Part shown: piece after piece, positions 57,201 to 64,000 of the stretch | Layout: each line of letters starts with the position of its first letter | How positions within the stretch are numbered: the stretch's first letter is position 1 | Source: Candidatus Latescibacterota bacterium | Lineage (GTDB): Bacteria; Latescibacterota; UBA2968; UBA8231 | Length of the DNA: 64,000 nucleotides | Assembly: GCA_965248265.1 (NCBI GenBank) | Contig: CBDFJF010000002.1 | Coordinates: forward strand, 3,200,001 to 3,264,000 | Reading direction: 5' to 3' | Position numbers and translations under genes: made by a program | The notes under the pieces: model-generated | The model's input: only the letters and a program-made list of their open reading frames with translations | Told to the model about the DNA's origin: nothing | The model's database searches: none

Positions 57201-58265
57201 CTAATCGATGATGGCAGCCGCGGGCAGGAAAGCGGTGGTAAAAGCCCGGCTCAACTCGAGAGTGCCATCGGCGATGAGCCCGCAGGCGACCATCTGGTCC
57301 AACAAGAGTTCCCAGCGGGCCGATTCCATGTGCCCGACGCCATGCACGCGGGCGGTTTCGTCGACGACGAGCGGAACCGACTGGCGGGCTCCCTCTCGCA
57401 AGACCTCCATGTCGATCTCCGGATTGAGCTGCTGGATGAGCGTGTTGGTTTCTTGCGGGTTCTTGAGGTAGTGCAGCCAACCCTCGACGGAGGCTTCGGT
57501 GAGTGCGCGCGCCAGGTCGGAGTGCTTTTCGATTATTTCGCGAGTCGTGATGAGTACGCTGGCGTAGGGATTGAATCCGGTGTCGGCTACCAGCAAGGCC
57601 CGCACCTTCACGCCTTGCTGGCGGGCGATGACCGGTTCGCTGAAGAGATAACCCTGCATCGCATACTCCGGATTCGCGACCAACGGCGTAACGCCTCCAT
57701 AGGGCACGACGGTTACCCCCGGAAAGTCGTATTTCCAGCGCAAGAAATGCGAAAATGCCGGGCGCTGTGAAAGGGCAAGGGTCAGGTTGGAAAGCTGTTC
57801 AATTGAGCGTATTCCAGAGGATTCATGGACGACGATACAACGGGGATTGATCTGATAGGGGGCCATCAGAGCGACCACGTCAGCTCCGGCGACCCGGGCG
57901 TTCAGGACTCCGTCGGCGTTGGTGATGCCGAAGGCGACCTGCCCGCTGGCAACTCGTTGCATGACGGGGGCGTCCGGTCCTCCTCCAAGTATCTCGACGG
58001 CAACCCCACGTTTGCGGTAAAAGCCGTTTGCCTGAGCCGCGTAAAACCCCCCGTGCTCGGCCTCTGGAAACCAGTTCAGCGCCAGTTGTACCTTCTTCAT
58101 GGGCGCGGTGCCATCTGCCTGCGATAGCTGAACGCCACCGCTGCCGCTGTCGTCGTCCGCGCACCCCCACAACAAGGCGACACATACGAGGATCCGACTC
58201 CAGCGTCGGGAGATCCAGCCGTTGGCAACAACCCTTCGCATGTGAAGTCCTCTATTTGTTTCCAT
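57201..58265 (-). CDS. ABC transporter substrate-binding lipoprotein, NMT1/THI5 (SsuA/TauA-like) family
   Basis: Lipobox 'LLWGC'; 'LALNWFPEAEHGGFYAA..GFY...G..VEI..GGP'; 'FNPY'. Start may be 58241. Confidence 0.88.
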   Translation of the reverse strand: METNRGLHMRRVVANGWISRRWSRILVCVALLWGCADDDSGSGGVQLSQADGTAPMKKVQLALNWFPEAEHGGFYAAQANGFYRKRGVAVEILGGGPDAPVMQRVASGQVAFGITNADGVLNARVAGADVVALMAPYQINPRCIVVHESSGIRSIEQLSNLTLALSQRPAFSHFLRWKYDFPGVTVVPYGGVTPLVANPEYAMQGYLFSEPVIARQQGVKVRALLVADTGFNPYASVLITTREIIEKHSDLARALTEASVEGWLHYLKNPQETNTLIQQLNPEIDMEVLREGARQSVPLVVDETARVHGVGHMESARWELLLDQMVACGLIADGTLELSRAFTTAFLPAAAIID

Positions 58266-59037
58266 GCCAATGAGATAGAATGATGCTGTTAACAGCGCTA
58301 ATGACGCCGAAGAAAGCTAAGCCGAGGCCAGTGGAAAAGAGGATCATGGCGAACAGATAAGCCGTTTTCATCTGCGTCGTCGAGTGGATGATCAGATAGC
58401 CGAGTCCGAAGTCGTCGGTGCCGTAGCCGGCGAAAAATTCACCGACGATGGCGCCGATGACGGACAGGCCACAGGAGATTTTGGCGCCCGTCAGCAACGA
58501 GGGTACGGAGTTGGGAATCCGCAGTTTGATCAGCGTTTGCCAGCGCGACGCACCGTTCAGGGTGAACAACTCAAGCAGTTCGGTCGGGATCGAGGTCAAG
58601 CCGGCTGTTGCATTGACTATTATAGGGAAGAGGGAGATGATAAACGACACGGCGACAACGCCATAGAGTCCGTAGCCTATCCACAAAATAATCAGCGGCG
58701 CGATTGCGACGATGGGGACCGTTTGTAGAAAAATAGCGTAGGGGTAAAGGCTGCGTTCGATGACTCTGGATTGAGAAAACAACACGGCGATGGAGAAGCC
58801 AACGACAAAAGCCAGTAGGAACCCTCCCAGAGCTCCAACTGCCGTTAGTCCGGCAGCGTGCAAGAGGCGGGGAAGGTTGGCGACAGCTGCTTCGACCACG
58901 CGCATTGGTCCAGGCAGAAGAAACGGCTGGATGTCGAAGAGTCTGACCGTGCTGTGCCAGACAACCAACACCAGGACGAAGAAGGTGAGCGGTGGCCCCC
59001 AGGATCGTGTCATGCACTTGATGCTCGACCGCGACAT
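58252..59037 (-). CDS. ABC transporter permease (SsuC/TauC-like)
   Basis: 'LQTVPIVAIAPL', 'FPII.N...GL', 'GASRWQTLIKLRIP', 'IGAIVGEF'. Confidence 0.92.
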   Translation of the reverse strand: MSRSSIKCMTRSWGPPLTFFVLVLVVWHSTVRLFDIQPFLLPGPMRVVEAAVANLPRLLHAAGLTAVGALGGFLLAFVVGFSIAVLFSQSRVIERSLYPYAIFLQTVPIVAIAPLIILWIGYGLYGVVAVSFIISLFPIIVNATAGLTSIPTELLELFTLNGASRWQTLIKLRIPNSVPSLLTGAKISCGLSVIGAIVGEFFAGYGTDDFGLGYLIIHSTTQMKTAYLFAMILFSTGLGLAFFGVISAVNSIILSHWHGNK

Positions 59038-59042
59038 GGATT

Positions 59043-59792
59043 TCAACCTTCGAGCTGCTTCGACACCGAGGCGGAAAATTCGACGAAACCTTGTTCAGAC
59101 CGCAGTGCCGGAGAACGCGGAAATCCGAACGGGACTTTGAGATCAGCCAGGATTCGCCCCGGCCGAGCGCTCATCACCAGCACCCGTTGGCTCAAGAAGA
59201 CCGCCTCTTGGACGCTGTGGGTGACGAACAGGCATGTCCACCGATCTCTTTCCCATAATCCCAGGAGTTCCTCATTGAGCCGGATCCGGGATAGTTCATC
59301 GAGTGCTCCGAAGGGTTCGTCCATCAATAAGAGTTCCGGCGAAAGGGCCAGAGCCCTGGCAATGGAAGCGCGCATGCGCATTCCACCAGAGAGTTGGTGG
59401 GGAAAGCTGTGTCTGAATTCGTTCAATCCAACCATGTTGAGGGCATTGGTCACACGCTTCGCGATTTCATCATTCGGGAACCTCCTCAATTCGAGTGGCA
59501 GGGCCACGTTCCCTTCGGTGTGCCGCCAGGGTAAGAGGGTGGGATCCTGGAGCACATAGGCGAGTTTGGCAGTCGAGGTGCGATCGGACGTCACGGTCTC
59601 TCGGCCATCGACGGTGATCACACCTTGTGTGGGCACATGCAGGCCAGCCACCAGGCGGAGGATCGTTGACTTGCCGCATCCCGAAGGACCGACAATGGCG
59701 ACGAACTCGTGCTCTTTGATGTGAAGATTCACCCCTGAGAGGGCTTCGACGCCGTCGCTGAAGCGCACGGTGATATCCTCGCCCATTATCAT
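59043..59792 (-). CDS. ABC transporter ATP-binding protein (SsuB/TauB-like)
   Basis: Walker A 'GPSGCGKST', signature 'LSGGM', Walker B 'LLMDEPFGALD', 'VTH'. Confidence 0.95.
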   Translation of the reverse strand: MIMGEDITVRFSDGVEALSGVNLHIKEHEFVAIVGPSGCGKSTILRLVAGLHVPTQGVITVDGRETVTSDRTSTAKLAYVLQDPTLLPWRHTEGNVALPLELRRFPNDEIAKRVTNALNMVGLNEFRHSFPHQLSGGMRMRASIARALALSPELLLMDEPFGALDELSRIRLNEELLGLWERDRWTCLFVTHSVQEAVFLSQRVLVMSARPGRILADLKVPFGFPRSPALRSEQGFVEFSASVSKQLEG

Positions 59793-59793
59793 C

Positions 59794-60486
59794 TCAGATG
59801 CCCTTCATGCTCCCCCCCCACTCCTCGATATGGCGTCTGCCACTGAAGTTGAGCCCCTCGCGTTCACAGATGCGTGACACCGTTGGTTGCCGGGTGCGCA
59901 GCTGCTCGGAGCTCGCCGCTTCGGGCATCAGATAGACCTTGTGGCGTGGGACGTCGAAACGCTGAATGAAGCCCAGGATTTCCGGAGTGTCGCCTTCATC
60001 CTGCACGACGAATTTGATTTGGTAGTCGGCGTCGCTGTGGATGAATGCGGGCATCACGTCGAAACGATTGTTCCGGCGATGCAGGGCCCGTTGGCTCGGA
60101 TACTCCTCGCCGGGTTCGCTGTGACGAAGCTTGGGGGAGATGCTGAAGAAATCAGGCCTGACGTCCTCGTGGTAAACGGTGCCGGCTGTCTCGATGGTGA
60201 TGTACCGGTCTCCCCGGTCACGCAGGCCGTCGACGAGATCCGATAGATCGCGCTGGATGAGCGGCTCGCCGCCCGTGATAACGATGTGTCGGACGCCGGG
60301 CCATCGGTCCGCTTCGTCAAGGATGGAAGAGATGCTGCGAATGGTACCTTCGGGCTTCCATGAGGTGTAGCGGGTGTCGCACCAAACGCAGCGCAGGTTG
60401 CATCCGGAGGTGCGCATGAACAGACTGGACGTTCCGCTGTGGACACCCTCACCCTGGCGTGCGTGGAAAATTTCCGAGACCAGCAT
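59794..60486 (-). CDS. queE: 7-carboxy-7-deazaguanine synthase (radical SAM)
   Basis: 'EIFH..QGEG', 'RTSGCNLRCVWCDT', 'ITGGEP', 'IETAGT', 'SISPKL', 'KFVV', 'YLMP'. Confidence 0.9.
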   Translation of the reverse strand: MLVSEIFHARQGEGVHSGTSSLFMRTSGCNLRCVWCDTRYTSWKPEGTIRSISSILDEADRWPGVRHIVITGGEPLIQRDLSDLVDGLRDRGDRYITIETAGTVYHEDVRPDFFSISPKLRHSEPGEEYPSQRALHRRNNRFDVMPAFIHSDADYQIKFVVQDEGDTPEILGFIQRFDVPRHKVYLMPEAASSEQLRTRQPTVSRICEREGLNFSGRRHIEEWGGSMKGI

Positions 60487-60551
60487 CGACTGTCAGAGAC
60501 TTACTCCTTGGAAGGAAACTGAAGGGTTGCTGCGGCGTCACCTGACTGGTC

Positions 60552-60884
60552 CTACTCTATCAGCTGGTTTACTTTTGCCGCGCATATGAAATCGTTTTCC
60601 GACATGCCGTCGATGGCATGTGTCCAAAACTTGACCGTGCACTGCCGGAACCCGACTTCGAGCACCGGGTGGTGGCCTTCCTTGTTCGACAGCCAGGCGA
60701 TAGCGTTCACGAACGAGATCGTCTGGTAGTAGTTGTTGAAGTCGAACGCCCGTTGCAGTTGTCCCTCTTCGTAACTCCATCCGGGGACCTGGGGCAACAT
60801 GCCGGCGATCTGCTCCTCACTGAGGGGAGGCACGCCGGATTCACAAGGTTTGCACACTTCCGCAGTCAGATCGATTGTCGCCAT
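60552..60884 (-). CDS. phhB: Pterin-4-alpha-carbinolamine dehydratase
   Basis: 'CKPC', 'FVNAIA', 'EGHHP', 'WTHAIDG.SENDFICAAK'. Start ATG 60884 with a GGAG RBS. Confidence 0.94.
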   Translation of the reverse strand: MATIDLTAEVCKPCESGVPPLSEEQIAGMLPQVPGWSYEEGQLQRAFDFNNYYQTISFVNAIAWLSNKEGHHPVLEVGFRQCTVKFWTHAIDGMSENDFICAAKVNQLIE

Positions 60885-61043
60885 GGATTGAGTCTCCGTG
60901 TTTTCGGGCAGGGTGGTTGTGGCAGGTCCGGCTCCCTGAGGACAGTCCCGAGAGCCGGGTGCTAGCACCGAACATAGTCAGGAAAACGGCAGGCGCAATT
61001 GTAAGTGAAGCGACTCGAGTCGCCACGAAGGGGTGGAGGACGC

Positions 61044-61586
61044 ATGGAGAAACATTTCAGACAGATCATCCGCTCAACGGGAGAAGACCTGGACCGAGAG
61101 GGACTCGTCGACACCCCGCAACGGGCGGCCGCGGCTTTCGAGTACCTCACCAGAGGATACTCACAAACGGTCGAGCAAGTCGTAGGGCGAGGAGTGTTCC
61201 GGAGCGATACCGATGAAATGGTCGTCGTCAAGAACATTGAGTTGTACTCGCTGTGTGAACATCACATGCTGCCATTCCTTGGCAAGTGTCATGTGGGGTA
61301 CTTGCCAGATGGAAAGATCCTCGGTTTGTCCAAGGTAGCTCGAATCGTCGACGTGTTTGCGCGGCGGTTGCAGATTCAGGAGGAGCTCACGCGTCAGGTC
61401 GCCACCTCGATTGAGGAGCTACTCGGGGCGTCAGGTGTCGGGGTGGTAATAGAGGCGCAGCACCTGTGCATGATGATGCGTGGAGTCGAAAAACAGAACT
61501 CGGAGATGACGACGTCCTGCATGCTGGGGGAATTCAGGAGCAATGGCCAGACGCGGAGTGAGTTCCTGAGTTTGATTCGCGGCTGA
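61044..61586 (+). CDS. folE: GTP cyclohydrolase I
   Basis: '[15 protein letters not shown]', '[10 protein letters not shown]', 'GLSKVAR', 'RLQIQE', '[11 protein letters not shown]'. ATG 61044 with a GGAGG RBS. Confidence 0.97.
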   Translation: MEKHFRQIIRSTGEDLDREGLVDTPQRAAAAFEYLTRGYSQTVEQVVGRGVFRSDTDEMVVVKNIELYSLCEHHMLPFLGKCHVGYLPDGKILGLSKVARIVDVFARRLQIQEELTRQVATSIEELLGASGVGVVIEAQHLCMMMRGVEKQNSEMTTSCMLGEFRSNGQTRSEFLSLIRG

Positions 61587-61600
61587 TTCCCGAGACGTCC

Positions 61601-64000
61601 GTGTCCTCCCTCAACCGCAAGCAGCAACACCCCGTGCTGTCATCGGTGCGAGCATGGTCCGCGGCCGCCCTGTGTTGCTATGCCGGCGTGGCGTCGTCCG
61701 ATGCAAAGGAAGCATATGGCGGCGCTCATATTTTGCTGAAAATGAGCTCCGTTGCGGGCAAGGCCCTCCCGGGCGCTGGCGTGCAACGCCTTCACGAGCG
61801 CTACGGTGTCGTCTCCGCGACGCCATTGCTGAAAACGATCGGTCGTCGCCTCGAGACGGCCAAATCCACGGTCGGTACCGACCAATCCTCCACAGCCGCC
61901 GCCACCGATCTTAACCGGTGGCACGCCGTCGAGTTCTCCGGGTCGATCGATCCTGCCATTGTGTCTGGAGCCTACGCGAAGCTCGACGCCGTTGAGGCCG
62001 CGCAACCGAATTACGTGCGCCGCTTCTGTGCTGAGCCTGACGATCCATTGTACCCACAACAATCCAATCTGCGTGCGATTGGGGTGGGTGAGCTGCCGGC
62101 GGGTGGTGCCCGGGGGATCATCGTGGCCGTCGTCGACTCTGGAGTCGATTACCTGCACGGTGACCTTGCCAGCCAGGTTTGGATCAACACGGCGGAATCG
62201 ACCGGCGAAGCTGGCGTGGATGACGATGCCAATGGCTACATCGATGACATCAGGGGCTGGGATTTCACCGATGCACCCGGGCAGGCCGGCAATGGAGATT
62301 TCCTCGGGCGTGACGACGATCCGATGGACGAATCTGGGCACGGAACCCACGTAGCCGGCATCGTCGGCGCCGTTGTCGACAATGGCATCGGCATCGCCGG
62401 CTTGGCACCTGGTGTGCAGCTGATGGTTCTGCGTGCGGGGTTTCAGGTGGGCAGCGCCGGATTCCTCGAAGATGATGATGTCGCCGCCGCCATCGTCTAC
62501 GCCGTCGACAATGGGGCCCACATCATAAATCTGAGTCTCGGGGATCCGTCGTTCTCGCCCTTGCTGCGGGATGTCGTCCGCTATGCCAATGACGCTGGAG
62601 TGCTGGTGGTGGCAGCGGCCGGCAACGAGGGAAACGGCGACGTTTTTTTTCCAGCGCGCCTGGACCACACGGTAGCGGTCGCTGCTGTCGACGACTTCGG
62701 ACGAATCGCGACTTTTTCGAACTGGGGTTCCAGTGTCGACATCGCTGCTCCGGGAATAGCCATCCTGAGCCTGTCACCAGGAAACACCTACGTGGAGCGA
62801 TCTGGCACATCGATGTCGACGGCCCACGTCTCTGGAGCGGCAGCGCTTGTGCTGGCACGTTGGCCGCATCTCAATCCCGAGCAACTCAGGTCAGCTCTCA
62901 TGCACGAGGCTCTTGACATCGGTTCCCCGGGCTGGGACACACGAACCGGAGCCGGCCTATTGCAGGCCTCAGCCGCGTCGTCATCGAGTCCCCTTACAAT
63001 CCAGGTTGAGGTCGGGGCCAGCACGGCCGAGGATTCCGTCGAGGTTGGGGTGACGCTGATGGGGGATGGCGCCGTGACCTACACCTTGAGTTGGGGTTAT
63101 GGGGCTTCGCCCGAACAGTGGACGACATTCGTAAATCAGAGACTGGTTATCGAGCCAGGAACCAGAACCGTCTTGCGGGAGATTTTGTCAACGGCCGCGC
63201 TCCCCGACAGTTCCTACGTCATTCGCGCCGAAGTGGTCTCGGCCAGCACCAGCCACAGCGATCACTCCAGTCTCGAGCTGCGACGAGCCGAGCCCACCGT
63301 GCAGTCCGTGCAATCGGGTAGGGCGCTCGAAGGCGATCATTGGGACTATTGGATTGAGTGGCAGACGGCTGTTCCTTCCCGCGGCCTCGTTGAAGTGTAC
63401 GGGGAGGATGAAGGACTTCTGTTCGAGCTGCCGGCTCCCCAACGCCGGAGCATGCACCGGGTGGTCCTTCCCAAGGATCTGCCCATCGGAGACTACGAGG
63501 TTTCCGTGCGGAGCCAGCCTTCGGGGTCGGCAACCGAATCAAATCTCGGCCTGAACATTCCGCGGCGCTCTGTCCTTCGCTGGCACTTTCAACTGGAGGC
63601 TACCGCAGCCGACGGCTACGTGCTGCCCATGATGACGGACTTTGATGATGATGGTTTGCGGGAGTTGTCAGCCATGATCTTCGGTGAAGGCACCTACGGC
63701 GCGACCTCCTTTTTTGAACTGCCAGCAATGGGGCTCGGATCGGATCTGCTTCTTCCCGTGCATACCAGTTCGCGGCTGTTCATTCCCTGGAGCGTGCACG
63801 ACCTTGACGTCGATGGGGTGCCGGAGTTGATGGCCGTCGACGCCGAACGCGTTCGTCTGCTCGAAGCCGGCGATGGCACTGCACGGTTTCCGGACACGGT
63901 GATCTGGGCGCAGGACGACGTCTGGGGAGGAGCAACAGGCGACCTGGATGCCGACGGCCGCCGGGAGATGTACCTGCGATCGAGCCGAGGTCCCTTGTTC
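61601..64000 (+). CDS. Secreted S8 (subtilisin-like) serine peptidase with C-terminal FG-GAP-like repeats, 3'-truncated; absent from the supplied ORF track
   Basis: Manual translation from GTG 61601 (start uncertain) gives the triad 'VAVVDSGVD', 'GHGTHVAG', 'SGTSMSTAHVSG', oxyanion 'AAAGNEG', Ca-loop 'DDDANGYIDDIRGWDF', then 'DFDDDGLREL', 'DLDVDGVPEL', 'GDLDADGRREM'. Confidence 0.92.
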   Translation, partial: MSSLNRKQQHPVLSSVRAWSAAALCCYAGVASSDAKEAYGGAHILLKMSSVAGKALPGAGVQRLHERYGVVSATPLLKTIGRRLETAKSTVGTDQSSTAAATDLNRWHAVEFSGSIDPAIVSGAYAKLDAVEAAQPNYVRRFCAEPDDPLYPQQSNLRAIGVGELPAGGARGIIVAVVDSGVDYLHGDLASQVWINTAESTGEAGVDDDANGYIDDIRGWDFTDAPGQAGNGDFLGRDDDPMDESGHGTHVAGIVGAVVDNGIGIAGLAPGVQLMVLRAGFQVGSAGFLEDDDVAAAIVYAVDNGAHIINLSLGDPSFSPLLRDVVRYANDAGVLVVAAAGNEGNGDVFFPARLDHTVAVAAVDDFGRIATFSNWGSSVDIAAPGIAILSLSPGNTYVERSGTSMSTAHVSGAAALVLARWPHLNPEQLRSALMHEALDIGSPGWDTRTGAGLLQASAASSSSPLTIQVEVGASTAEDSVEVGVTLMGDGAVTYTLSWGYGASPEQWTTFVNQRLVIEPGTRTVLREILSTAALPDSSYVIRAEVVSASTSHSDHSSLELRRAEPTVQSVQSGRALEGDHWDYWIEWQTAVPSRGLVEVYGEDEGLLFELPAPQRRSMHRVVLPKDLPIGDYEVSVRSQPSGSATESNLGLNIPRRSVLRWHFQLEATAADGYVLPMMTDFDDDGLRELSAMIFGEGTYGATSFFELPAMGLGSDLLLPVHTSSRLFIPWSVHDLDVDGVPELMAVDAERVRLLEAGDGTARFPDTVIWAQDDVWGGATGDLDADGRREMYLRSSRGPLF

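Noticed and set aside
59794-61586. dpd-type 7-deazaguanine DNA modification (defence) island
   Set aside because: folE and queE are present, but there is no dpdA/tgt-like, queC, queD, helicase or mobile-element context.
61640-62668. 342-aa minus-strand ORF in the ORF track
   Set aside because: Antisense to the S8 peptidase, whose catalytic triad is clear on the plus strand.

Overview
A GC-rich, gene-dense stretch of bacterial chromosome with about 47 CDS and no rRNA, tRNA, CRISPR array, transposase or phage genes that I can see. Several large secreted proteins end in the 'NFPNPFNP...SGVYFYRL' FlgD-Ig/CTD-type sorting domain, which suggests an FCB-superphylum organism such as Latescibacterota (inference). 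Layout: (1) 1-15 kb holds a divergent cluster of four giant, acidic, secreted modular proteins with NHL, cadherin-like Ig, beta-propeller, ASH and FG-GAP domains. Three carry cohesin-like modules and two of these also carry CipA-type X-module/dockerin dyads, but I recognise no glycoside hydrolase. (2) 16.6-32.7 kb is a long co-directional run: dapF with Ser at both catalytic positions, an SprT-like protein, a peptidase/propeller/Omp85 fusion, a BamB-like protein, yicC, an archaeal-type cytidylate kinase where gmk-rpoZ normally sits, coaBC, udg, dnaB, yigZ and an M32 peptidase. (3) 32.7-55 kb is housekeeping and metabolic: dcd, pepA, serC, cytochromes c, qor, an S1 paralogue, trpBA, rfbA, HupE/UreJ, PilZ, rbsK, HpcH, ispG, a fused IOR and a Gfo pair. 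(4) 55.4-57.2 kb is a stand-alone module of a MamK-like actin and a coiled-coil protein, preceded by three 9-bp direct repeats, with no other magnetosome genes in the window. This is the best candidate for an undescribed system. (5) 57.2-61.6 kb is phhB-queE-NMT1-type ABC transporter, divergent from folE. (6) A secreted subtilase with FG-GAP repeats runs off the right edge. All family assignments come from motif recognition by eye. No database search was run.
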